64,000 nt of DNA from Candidatus Peregrinibacteria bacterium CG_4_10_14_0_2_um_filter_38_24 (GTDB taxonomy: Bacteria; Patescibacteriota; Gracilibacteria; UBA1369; LOWO2-01-FULL-3). Under the pieces are notes generated by a model, which was given only the letters and a program-made list of their open reading frames with translations, was not told where the DNA came from and made no database searches. Within the stretch, counting starts at the first letter, position 1. Each line of letters starts with the position of its first letter. This document shows positions 1 through 8,201 of this stretch, one piece after another. Location of the stretch: the NCBI GenBank assembly GCA_002792535.1, contig PFOM01000039.1, positions 8,564-72,563 of the forward strand, in the 5' to 3' direction. The position numbers were made by a program, and so were the translations under genes.

Positions 1-138
1 CACCAAAGTCACCGCCAAAAACTTAACAGGCGCATATTCACCGGATTTTGGAGAAATAACAAGATCATCCAAAACTCCAACAACATTATCCGCACTGTCC
101 AAAATTTTTGAGCCTAAAACATGACTTAAATAAACCAT
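1..138 (-). CDS. PRC-barrel-like protein, 5' fragment (gene continues beyond window start)
   Basis: A minus-strand ATG at 138 opens a frame that stays open to position 1: MVYLSHVLGSKILDSADNVVGVLDDLVISPKSGEYAPVKFLAVTLV. The G-x-x-[IV]-x-D...G-x-[LV]-x-D-[LV]-[VI] pattern resembles PRC-barrel N-termini. Only 46 codons are visible, so the family call is tentative. Confidence 0.4.
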   Translation of the reverse strand, partial: MVYLSHVLGSKILDSADNVVGVLDDLVISPKSGEYAPVKFLAVTLV

Positions 139-254
139 AAGAATGAGATGTTACACATACGCCGTAACGGGACTTCCCCAATTTTCTTAAATCAAGTGTA
201 TGTCTTAAGAACAAATTAGTCAAAATTCTATAAGAACAATTACGAATAAATTGT

Positions 255-1157
255 TTGACAAAGAAGCAAAAAACAGAGAAACTACAAAACCAAATAAAAA
301 AAATTAGCATGGAAGCATCAGACACATTTCCGGAGGCGGAAGCATCAAGACAAGCATTCCCCTTAGGATTAAATCTATATGGAACCTCTGCAATCTTGGC
401 AAGATCCGGAATAGAAAACATAGACAAGGGAGGACAAAAATTATTAAGATTAGCCACCAGTGACTCCGAAATAAGAATTCATCCTCAAATAATGAGTGCA
501 CGAATAACAGCGGCGGAGCACATGCATATCTCATTCAAACTCTTTAACGCCCTATATGAGCTTGGAGACCTGACAGGAAGCGGAATGCTACCAAAAACAG
601 CTCTGCCAAAACCATTCAATCTTTCAATGACAATCCCAAGATTTTTAGAAGAATACACTCAATCCGTCATCCCTGCCACAGCAGAAAACATAGTAAATAC
701 ATTTTCGGAATTATTTACGGAAGACGAAGAAACTCAAAGAATAATAAGAGGATTAACATTATCATTTTCTGAAGAGACAAAAACTCCGGGAATAGAATTA
801 GTACTTGAAACTCCGGGGATAAAGCTCTCCGACCATCCAAATATTTCATTAACAGTAAACTCCTTCGGCAAACGATGCAGATACACTTTAGACATGAGAG
901 AATTAGACCTTGCAACAGCCTTACAGATAGCTATTCAAAAATTGGTTTACACCAACGAACCGAGCTCCACAACAATGCTTCTCACAGACAGAACAACAAA
1001 AGATGGAAAAAGAATAGCCGTTTCCAGCATCCAAAGCCATAAAATAGTCCTTAGAGAAGTTTCCGATGAAAATCAAGCCGCCGCCGCACTCCACGAAATA
1101 ACACCAACTCCAATCAAGGCGGTTTCCAGTATGGCAGTTTTTAGAAAACTGGTTTAA
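255..1157 (+). CDS. hypothetical protein (ORFan)
   Basis: 300-aa ORF from TTG 255; the first ATG is at 309 (MEASDTF...). Amino-acid composition is normal and G+C is visibly higher than in neighbours. No family motif recognised. The overlapping antisense ORF 86..457 is F/L/C-rich and judged spurious. Confidence 0.6.
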   Translation: MTKKQKTEKLQNQIKKISMEASDTFPEAEASRQAFPLGLNLYGTSAILARSGIENIDKGGQKLLRLATSDSEIRIHPQIMSARITAAEHMHISFKLFNALYELGDLTGSGMLPKTALPKPFNLSMTIPRFLEEYTQSVIPATAENIVNTFSELFTEDEETQRIIRGLTLSFSEETKTPGIELVLETPGIKLSDHPNISLTVNSFGKRCRYTLDMRELDLATALQIAIQKLVYTNEPSSTTMLLTDRTTKDGKRIAVSSIQSHKIVLREVSDENQAAAALHEITPTPIKAVSSMAVFRKLV

Positions 1158-1166
1158 ATTTTTATT

Positions 1167-1242
1167 TGGTGGGCCAGCCGGGGCTCGAACCCGGGACCAA
1201 TTGCTTAAGAGGCAACTGCTCTACCGACTGAGCTACTGACCC
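1167..1242 (-). tRNA. tRNA-Lys (anticodon CUU), CCA encoded
   Basis: The reverse complement reads GGGTCAG TA GCTC AGTCGGTA GAGC A GTTGC CTCTTAA GCAAT TGGTC CCGGG TTCGAGC CCCGG CTGGCCC A CCA. This is a complete 76-nt cloverleaf in which all four stems pair. The anticodon loop CU-CUU-AA gives CUU. Confidence 0.93.
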
Positions 1243-1326
1243 ACATTATGCGACAAATTCGCACGTGAAAAGTTACCACCTCTTCAATACTTTATCAATA
1301 AAAAAAAATCAGCTATACTCACACGC

Positions 1327-2454
1327 GTGAAAAGAATCTTACTTTACACAGACACACCACTCGCAGGAGGAGCCGAGATCCAGATGTTTTTGCTAGCAAA
1401 ATTTTTGGACAAAAAAAGGTTTACCCCAATCATCGCACTAAGCAACAACGAACCACTCGATAAACTTGTAGAAAATTTCGACAAAGAAGATATCAAAGTC
1501 ATCAGAATAAACACAAAAAGCAAACACAATCCCATTCATTACCTTTCATTAAAAAGGATAATCGCTGAAGAAAAAATCGACATACTTCATCTAAATTTAT
1601 GGAACCCAGCAAGCTGTCGTTATGGATTTTTGGCAGGCAAATCAGCAAAAATTCCGATGATTGTTACCGAACACGATCCATTTAAGCTCACAGGATTCAA
1701 AAATGTATTCAAAAAATACGGACTTAAAACCGTTTCAAAAATAGTGACAGTTTCACTCGAAAATCAAAAACTTTTGAAAAAACTTTTCCCTGAACACAAA
1801 GAAAAAATTGAAGTAATTCAAAACGGAATCGACATAGATTGGTGGCAATCTCAAGTCTTGCGATTCGCGGAAAAAGACAGATATGAAATAAAAACTGAAA
1901 TTTTCCGTGCAAACAAAAACACATTAATAATAATTTCCGTCGCAGAACTTCATGAAAGGAAAGGGCTTAAATACTTGATAAAAGCGATCTCAGAAGTAAA
2001 AGAAAAATATCCGAATATAAAACTCGTAATCGTAGGCGAAGGCCCTGACAGAAAAAATCTCGAAAACTTGATAAAAAAATTAAAACTCGAAAACAACGTA
2101 ATACTTCTAGGAAGAAGAAAAGAAATTCCAAAACTTTTGAAAAGTTCAAATATTTTCGTCCTACCATCACGCAGAGAAGCTTTTGGACTCGTAAATCTCG
2201 AAGCAATGATTACTCCCCTTCCGGTAATCGCAAGTAAAGTCGGCGGAATTCCTGAAATAATAAAAGATGGAGAAACAGGAATTTTGGTTGAATCTGAAAA
2301 CGAAAAAGAGCTCGCGCAAGCCTTGGAAAAATTAATTCCAAATTCACCACTCAGAGAAGAAATGGCGAAAAAAGGATTCTTACGCGTAAAAGAAAATTTC
2401 TCCGCACAAAAAATGGCAGAAGAACACGAAAAACTCTACATGGAATTATTCTAA
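1327..2454 (+). CDS. glycosyltransferase, family 4 (GT-B, group 1)
   Basis: 375 aa with a GTG start. The C-terminal half carries the GT4 signature region (FVLPSRREAFGLVNLEAMITPLPVIASKVGGIPEIIKDGETGILV). TATACT at 1314..1319 lies 7 nt upstream of the start. Confidence 0.85.
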   Translation: MKRILLYTDTPLAGGAEIQMFLLAKFLDKKRFTPIIALSNNEPLDKLVENFDKEDIKVIRINTKSKHNPIHYLSLKRIIAEEKIDILHLNLWNPASCRYGFLAGKSAKIPMIVTEHDPFKLTGFKNVFKKYGLKTVSKIVTVSLENQKLLKKLFPEHKEKIEVIQNGIDIDWWQSQVLRFAEKDRYEIKTEIFRANKNTLIIISVAELHERKGLKYLIKAISEVKEKYPNIKLVIVGEGPDRKNLENLIKKLKLENNVILLGRRKEIPKLLKSSNIFVLPSRREAFGLVNLEAMITPLPVIASKVGGIPEIIKDGETGILVESENEKELAQALEKLIPNSPLREEMAKKGFLRVKENFSAQKMAEEHEKLYMELF

Positions 2455-2490
2455 GACCTTTTTTCTTTCCCCTCGTCAACACAATCATCC

Positions 2491-2519
2491 TTGACGGTGA
2501 GCATACGCTCACCTATACT
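2491..2519 (+). promoter_or_regulatory. sigma70-type promoter for radA with a palindrome in the spacer
   Basis: TTGACG (2491..2496), a 17-nt spacer, then TATACT (2514..2519), 22 nt upstream of the radA ATG. The spacer is the perfect palindrome GGTGAGC-ATAC-GCTCACC (2496..2513). Confidence 0.6.
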
Positions 2520-2541
2520 GCGGATAGTTTAATACTCAGTC

Positions 2542-3882
2542 ATGAAATTAAAAACTGTCTATATTTGCTCAAATTGTAACCACGAAAGTCAAAGATGGGT
2601 TGGAAAATGTCCAAACTGCGAAGCGTGGAATACCTTTATGGAAGACGTAATAAATGTCGGAAAACCTATCAAACAAGGGATTTCCTCGACGCCAAGATCT
2701 CTAAAAATATCAGCACTATCCCCTTCTTCACTAAACACAAACAAAACATCCATCTCTAGATTTATCACAGGAATTGAAGAATTTGACCGTGTCATAGGCG
2801 GAGGAATTGTTGCAGGAAGTTTGATTTTACTCAGTGGTGAACCAGGAATCGGAAAATCAACTCTCACTCTTCAAATCGCAAACAACATTTCAAAAATCAA
2901 AAAAGTTTTACTTGTTTCAGGAGAAGAATCAGTCGATCAAATAGCAGAACGCGCACGAAGACTCGACCTAAATGAAGAAAATCTCACAGCAGTAAATGAA
3001 TACAACCTCGAAACAACACTAGAGACAATCCGCAAAGAAAAACCGGATTTTGTGATCATAGATTCGATCCAAGTAATCTCCAGCATCGATATTCCGGGAT
3101 CAGCAGGCTCAATAACTCAAGTCAGATATTGCACAGAACAAATAATGGAAGTCGCCAAGACTTCAGGCATTGCAGTAATGCTAATAGGTCACGTAACAAA
3201 AGACGGAAATCTCGCAGGACCAAGAGTTTTAGAACATTTAGTCGACACGGTTATGCAAATTGAAGGAGATAGATTTCAGCAATTCAGGATGCTCCGTGCT
3301 TCGAAAAACAGATTTGGTTCATGCAACGAAGTCGGAATTTTTGAAATGACAGAAAAAGGCATGACAGAGGTGAAAAATCCATCAGAACAATTTCTTGAAG
3401 GCAGAAAAAAAGACGCAATCGGAAGTGTAATTACAGTCACAATGGAAGGGACAAGACCCTTTTTGGTTGAAGTGCAAGCCCTTGCCTCAACCAGTCCATT
3501 CGGATATCCAAAACGCACAGCGAACGGTTTCGACCTAAATCGCCTACAAATCCTCATAGCCGTTTTGGAGAAACATGCAAAAATAAATCTACAAACCCAA
3601 GATGTTTTCATAAATATCGTAGGAGGAATTCGCCTAAATGAACCTGCCTCAGATCTTGCCGTCCTTATGGCAATAGTTTCTTCACACACAAAAAAACCAA
3701 TTTCACCAAGCACAATCATTTATGGAGAAGTTGGACTTTCAGGAGAACTTCGCAAAGTAAGCCACGCAGAAAAACGAGAGAAAGAAGCCGAAAAACTAGG
3801 ATTCACAAATCAAATAACACCAAACAAATACAAAGAAATTATTCAAGCTATAAAATCCCTACCACTTCACCAACTTCAATAA
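2542..3882 (+). CDS. radA: DNA repair protein RadA/Sms
   Basis: 446 aa. It has an N-terminal C4 zinc finger (CSNCNHESQRWVGKCPNC), Walker A GEPGIGKST, a KNRFG motif (ASKNRFGS) and a C-terminal Lon-protease-like domain. Confidence 0.95.
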   Translation: MKLKTVYICSNCNHESQRWVGKCPNCEAWNTFMEDVINVGKPIKQGISSTPRSLKISALSPSSLNTNKTSISRFITGIEEFDRVIGGGIVAGSLILLSGEPGIGKSTLTLQIANNISKIKKVLLVSGEESVDQIAERARRLDLNEENLTAVNEYNLETTLETIRKEKPDFVIIDSIQVISSIDIPGSAGSITQVRYCTEQIMEVAKTSGIAVMLIGHVTKDGNLAGPRVLEHLVDTVMQIEGDRFQQFRMLRASKNRFGSCNEVGIFEMTEKGMTEVKNPSEQFLEGRKKDAIGSVITVTMEGTRPFLVEVQALASTSPFGYPKRTANGFDLNRLQILIAVLEKHAKINLQTQDVFINIVGGIRLNEPASDLAVLMAIVSSHTKKPISPSTIIYGEVGLSGELRKVSHAEKREKEAEKLGFTNQITPNKYKEIIQAIKSLPLHQLQ

Positions 3883-4189
3883 CAGAAGCAACCAAAATTT
3901 TACGACCTGATTCGTCCACCCCCTTTATCTCAATTTTCAAAGATGTTCCATCCGGAAACCTATACTCATTATACAATTCATCCTCAGCAACTCCCCTCAT
4001 AAGAGAAAATCGATCAAGAATTCCCAATCCTTTCCATCCTTGAACCCGACACGCAAGCTCAATCATCCCATCAGATAAAACATCCGTAATAGCAAAAACT
4101 TCACAACCATCCAGAGAAACAGAATTTCCAACATCACCACGAGAAAACTCAAATTTTTCTATTTCACCCTCTGCATTATCAATACCCAT
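3848..4189 (-). CDS. hypothetical protein
   Basis: The ORF spans 3848..4240. The ATG at 4189 (MGIDNAEGEIEKFEF...) is the more plausible start. Composition is acidic and G/V-rich and looks normal. It overlaps the radA 3' end convergently by 35 nt. No family recognised. Confidence 0.45.
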   Translation of the reverse strand: MGIDNAEGEIEKFEFSRGDVGNSVSLDGCEVFAITDVLSDGMIELACRVQGWKGLGILDRFSLMRGVAEDELYNEYRFPDGTSLKIEIKGVDESGRKILVASVIEVGEVVGIL

Positions 4190-4269
4190 ATAAACGTTTA
4201 ACAAAGTTAACGGAAGGAAATTATAATACAAAAGAATCAATAGTCAACAAAAACACTACACCCGCACCC

Positions 4270-5046
4270 TTACACCCCAAAAAACGCTAAAGAATTTTTT
4301 ACAGAAATTTCAATAACCTCTTCAAGCGAAATATTTTTAAGTTCCGAAATTTTCCGCGCAACCTCAAAAACATAGGCAGGTTCATTCCTATTTCCCCTAT
4401 AAATTTGTGGCGCAAGATAAGGACAATCCGTCTCAACCATGAAAAGATCCATCGGAGCTTTTTTTGCCACTTCCTGAACATCCTTCGCATTCGGATAAGT
4501 CACAATACCGGTAAAAGAAGTCAAAACACCTCTCTTCCATAACTTTTCAGCAAAAGACAAATTTCCACTATAACAATGCAAAACTATTCCGATATTTTTA
4601 TCATCCCACACAAATTTTTCATCCAAAATTTCTAAACAATCATCATAAGCATCTCTACAATGCACGATCAAAGGCACTCCAGCACTTTCCGCAAGGGCTA
4701 TTTGAAGCCTAAAAGCAGATTTCTGCACATCCTTTGGGACATCGGCCTTGAAATAGTCTAATCCACATTCCCCGATAGCAACAATTTTTTTATTTTTCAA
4801 AATAAGTTTTCTCCATTCATCCATTAACTCCTCATTCGCCAACGCCGCGTCATAAGGATGAAGGCCAAGTGTTGCATACAAATTTTCATATTCATCCGCC
4901 ATCTTCACCGCGGCCTGCGAAGATTTTACATCACATCCAATATTTATTATTTTTTCGACACCAGCCTCTTTTGCTTTAGACAAGACATCTTCCAAATCAT
5001 TTTCAAATTCTTTAAACATCAAATGCGCATGTGTATCAATAAGCAT
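4270..5046 (-). CDS. TatD-family metal-dependent hydrolase/DNase
   Basis: 258 aa. It begins MLIDTHAHL (the HxH metal motif) and has conserved GECGLDY, a HCR..., and ETDCPYL segments typical of TatD/YcfH/YabD. Confidence 0.9.
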   Translation of the reverse strand: MLIDTHAHLMFKEFENDLEDVLSKAKEAGVEKIINIGCDVKSSQAAVKMADEYENLYATLGLHPYDAALANEELMDEWRKLILKNKKIVAIGECGLDYFKADVPKDVQKSAFRLQIALAESAGVPLIVHCRDAYDDCLEILDEKFVWDDKNIGIVLHCYSGNLSFAEKLWKRGVLTSFTGIVTYPNAKDVQEVAKKAPMDLFMVETDCPYLAPQIYRGNRNEPAYVFEVARKISELKNISLEEVIEISVKNSLAFFGV

Positions 5047-5048
5047 AA

Positions 5049-5873
5049 TTACATTTTATTAATAATTTTTTCACTCTCCTTTAACTCTTTCTCAGAAAAA
5101 TCCCCAAGGAATTTACTCACATCAGAAAATCTTCTTGAAAGACTCTTAATATCATTTTTCAAAATAAGTTTTTCATAAACTTTAGAAGTTTTCCCGAAAA
5201 ATTTTATCAAATCTTTCGAATAAGGATTATTGGCGACAATAGCGGTACAAAGCCCTGCATCCTGCGCAAAAATTCTTCCAATAAAACTCATTTCTATCTT
5301 GTACATCGGAGTTCCAATATCATAAAATTTCTCAGGATTAATCCCTGAAAATTTCAAAAGCTCTCCGGCTAAAAAAATCTTCAAATGAGGAATCACTTGA
5401 ACAAGAACCATCGCTTTGTCATGTTCTTCCGGAGTCATAACCACAATTTTAAAACCAAGTTTCTCGAAAAGTTTTTTCATTTCCAAAAATACTTTTTTCT
5501 CGCATCTGCCTGCGCAAAAAACAACATTCAGATCTTTCTTTTTATTAGTCGTTGGACCAAACAAAGGATGTAATCCTATTACATTTCCTTTAGATTTATT
5601 CATAACCTCAACCTGATTTTTCTTTAAAGAACTCAAATCCATAACGATCTGATCTTTCCTTGTACAAGCCGAAATCTCTTTCTTCATTATTTGAACACTT
5701 TTCTCAAATGGAACACTAAAAACAACAATGTCAGATTTTTTTATAAGATCTTTATTCGAAAGTTTTGTGCCGATATCAGACACAATAACATCAAAACCCA
5801 TTTTCTTAAAAAACCCTGCAAATTGGCTTCCAGTCTTACCTTTCCCCCCAACAATACCAACAATTTTCTTCAT
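5049..5873 (-). CDS. tyrA: prephenate dehydrogenase
   Basis: 274 aa. It has an N-terminal Rossmann loop (IVGIVGGKGKTGSQFA), GLHPLFGP (HP-x-FGP motif) and an EEHDKAMVLVQ.IPH segment typical of the TyrA family. Confidence 0.8.
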   Translation of the reverse strand: MKKIVGIVGGKGKTGSQFAGFFKKMGFDVIVSDIGTKLSNKDLIKKSDIVVFSVPFEKSVQIMKKEISACTRKDQIVMDLSSLKKNQVEVMNKSKGNVIGLHPLFGPTTNKKKDLNVVFCAGRCEKKVFLEMKKLFEKLGFKIVVMTPEEHDKAMVLVQVIPHLKIFLAGELLKFSGINPEKFYDIGTPMYKIEMSFIGRIFAQDAGLCTAIVANNPYSKDLIKFFGKTSKVYEKLILKNDIKSLSRRFSDVSKFLGDFSEKELKESEKIINKM

Positions 5874-5879
5874 AAAAAT

Positions 5880-5926
5880 TTGACTTTATCTAAAAGTAAA
5901 GTAACATCTAATTTGTATTACTTTAC
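5880..5926 (+). promoter_or_regulatory. putative aro-operon promoter overlapped by a 9-bp inverted repeat
   Basis: TTGACT (5880..5885), a 16-nt spacer, then TAACAT (5902..5907). The inverted repeat GTAAAGTAA (5896..5904) / TTACTTTAC (5918..5926) straddles the -10 and the expected transcription start site. Confidence 0.45.
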
Positions 5927-5964
5927 AACTTACGTGCAAGAATCAAAAGTAAAAATAGCAGTTC

Positions 5965-6087
5965 TCAGAAATCCACTACAATGGATTTCTGATTTGTATG
6001 CTTATTTACTTTATATCCTTGGCGTGAGATAAACGTTTGAAGTAAGTCATATTATCTCACTGCTAAGACCGGCAGGAGATTTTTTTA
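5965..6087 (+). promoter_or_regulatory. 5' leader with mini-ORF, candidate antiterminator and intrinsic terminator (attenuator-like)
   Basis: There is an 11-bp hairpin at 5965..5975/5982..5992. A mini-ORF runs 5998..6027 (MLIYFISLA*). A 9-bp stem forms at 6024..6032/6052..6060. It competes with an 8-bp (one bulge) stem at 6055..6063/6072..6079, which is followed by T7 (6080..6086), 22 nt before the aroF ATG. Confidence 0.5.
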
Positions 6088-6108
6088 TATTCTTATCCCC
6101 CCACAAAA

Positions 6109-7128
6109 ATGATTATAGTAATGAAAGCAGGCGCATCGAAACAAAGCGCTGAAAAAATAGTTAAAGAACTAAAAGCAAAAGGACTTCAGCCACTTCTTTC
6201 CTTCGGAATCGAACGCACAGTAATCAATGTAATCGGCGAAGAAAGATCATTAAGCCTTGAACACCTAGAAGCTCTTGATGGTGTAGAAAAAGTAATGCGA
6301 GTAGTAAGCCCATTCAAACTCGTAAGCAAAGAAGTAAAATCAACTCCAACAGTAATCAAAGTCAATGGAGTAAAAATAGGAGACCCAAAAACATTCGCAG
6401 TAATAGCAGGGCCATGCTCTGTAGAATCAGAAGAACAAATGGAAGCAGTCGCAAAACCATTAGCAGGAATGGGAGTACGTCTACTTCGAGGAGGCGCATT
6501 TAAGCCAAGAACAGGACCATACGCTTTTCAAGGGCTTGAACTCGAAGGATTAAAAATAATGAAACGTATTGCAGATAAATACAAAATGGGCGTTGTCACA
6601 GAAGTTACAGACATAAGATTTTTGGATGAAATTTGTAAATACAGCGACATTGTTCAAGTAGGTGCGCGAAACATGCAAAATTTCCAATTACTAAAAGAAC
6701 TTGGAAAAATTAAAAAACCTGTGCTCCTAAAGCGTGGACTTTCAGCCACAATCGAAGAATTACTACTTGCCGCTGAATATATTCTTGTATATGGAAATGA
6801 AAATGTAATTTTATGCGAAAGAGGAATTCGAACATTTGAGAAAGAAACAAGAAACACTCTCACGCTTGCTACCGTACCGCTTGTAAAAGAGCTTTCTCAC
6901 CTTCCAATCATTGTCGACCCAAGCCATGGAACAGGAAAAAAATCACTAATAGAACCAATGACAAAAGCATCTATCGCATGTGGTGCAGATGGAGTTATTA
7001 TTGAGGTACATGCCAATCCAAAAGAAGCATTATCAGACGCACAACAACAATTAACTCCGGAAGAATTCAAAAAATTACTAAAAAATTCAGAACCAATAAT
7101 AAAAGCCGTAGGCAAAACCATGCAATAG
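6109..7128 (+). CDS. aroF: 3-deoxy-7-phosphoheptulonate (DAHP) synthase, class I-beta with N-terminal regulatory domain
   Basis: 339 aa. The core motifs are FAVIAGPCSVES, KPRTGPYAFQGL and IVDPSHG. They are preceded by a ~70-aa ferredoxin-like N-terminal domain, as in Thermotoga-type enzymes. Confidence 0.9.
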   Translation: MIIVMKAGASKQSAEKIVKELKAKGLQPLLSFGIERTVINVIGEERSLSLEHLEALDGVEKVMRVVSPFKLVSKEVKSTPTVIKVNGVKIGDPKTFAVIAGPCSVESEEQMEAVAKPLAGMGVRLLRGGAFKPRTGPYAFQGLELEGLKIMKRIADKYKMGVVTEVTDIRFLDEICKYSDIVQVGARNMQNFQLLKELGKIKKPVLLKRGLSATIEELLLAAEYILVYGNENVILCERGIRTFEKETRNTLTLATVPLVKELSHLPIIVDPSHGTGKKSLIEPMTKASIACGADGVIIEVHANPKEALSDAQQQLTPEEFKKLLKNSEPIIKAVGKTMQ

Positions 7129-7143
7129 ATTAACCTCATTCAT

Positions 7144-8199
7144 ATGCCAAAAATCAAAGTAAAAATAGCTCGTCGTCCACGAGATAAATACACGATTTTC
7201 ATAAAAGAAAATTGCATAGATTATCTTCCTGAGTTTCTAAAAGAAAATAAAATTGGAACAAAATACGCAATACTTACCGACTCAAAAACAAAGAAAATTT
7301 ACGGAGATTCTTTGTTAAGATTTTTGAAAAAAAACAAAATCAACGCTGAATTAATATCATTCGACCAAGGAGAAAAATCAAAAACATTAGCAACTGTAGA
7401 AAAGTTAGCAGAAGAAATGATAACAAAAAATTTCGACAGAGACTCGGCTATTATAGTTTTAGGAGGCGGAGTTGCCGGAGATATTGGTGGATTTTTAGCC
7501 TCAATTTTCATGAGAGGAATCCCGCATATCCAAATTCCAACAACACTTCTAGCAATGGTAGATTCTGCAATCGGAGGTAAAACAGGAGTAGATCTTGAAG
7601 GAGGAAAAAACTTAATAGGTACTACATCACAACCAAAAGCAATATTTGTGGACATCAATTATTTAAAGACACTTCCACAAAATCAAATAGTTAACGGCCT
7701 TTCCGAAATAATAAAATACGGAATAATAAAAGATAAAAAACTTTTTAAATACATAGAAAAGAATCTCGAAAAGATATTAGGCAAAGAAACAGAGGCATTG
7801 GAATACATCATTGAAAGATCAATAAAAATTAAAGTAAAAATAATTGAAAGAGATGAAAAAGAATTAACTAATGAAAGAATTTTATTAAATTATGGTCACA
7901 CTTTTGGGCATGCATTAGAGAAAATGTCAAATTACACCCTCCTCCATGGATTCGCGATAAGCATCGGCATGGTAATAATAAACAAGCTAGCAGTAGAACA
8001 AAAAATCATGAAAGAAAAAGAAGCAAAAAGAATAAAAGCATTGTTGAAAAAAGCTGGACTACCGATCACAAGCATGAAAAAACCTGAAACAAAAGATATC
8101 TTGAGTGACAAAAAAAGATCCGGAAACTTTATGAATTTTGTCTTCGCAAAAAAAATTGGGAAAGCGATTGTACGCAAAGAAAAAATCACAAAACTGTAA
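7144..8199 (+). CDS. aroB: 3-dehydroquinate synthase
   Basis: 351 aa with GGGVAGDIGGF, PTTLLAMVDSAIGGKTGVD and YGHTFGHALE metal/NAD motifs. Confidence 0.93.
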   Translation: MPKIKVKIARRPRDKYTIFIKENCIDYLPEFLKENKIGTKYAILTDSKTKKIYGDSLLRFLKKNKINAELISFDQGEKSKTLATVEKLAEEMITKNFDRDSAIIVLGGGVAGDIGGFLASIFMRGIPHIQIPTTLLAMVDSAIGGKTGVDLEGGKNLIGTTSQPKAIFVDINYLKTLPQNQIVNGLSEIIKYGIIKDKKLFKYIEKNLEKILGKETEALEYIIERSIKIKVKIIERDEKELTNERILLNYGHTFGHALEKMSNYTLLHGFAISIGMVIINKLAVEQKIMKEKEAKRIKALLKKAGLPITSMKKPETKDILSDKKRSGNFMNFVFAKKIGKAIVRKEKITKL

Positions 8200-8201
8200 A
8201 A

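Noticed and set aside
86-457. 123-aa minus-strand ORF at the window start
   Set aside because: It overlaps the better plus-strand ORF 255..1157 and is C/F/L-rich. The real minus-strand gene here appears to be the short PRC-barrel-like fragment starting at 138 in a different frame.
5880-6108. T-box riboswitch as explanation for the aro leader
   Set aside because: No sequence resembles the conserved T-box motif (AAUUAGGGUGGUACCGCG-like), no obvious specifier-loop architecture is present, and the leader is short (~195 nt) for a T-box.
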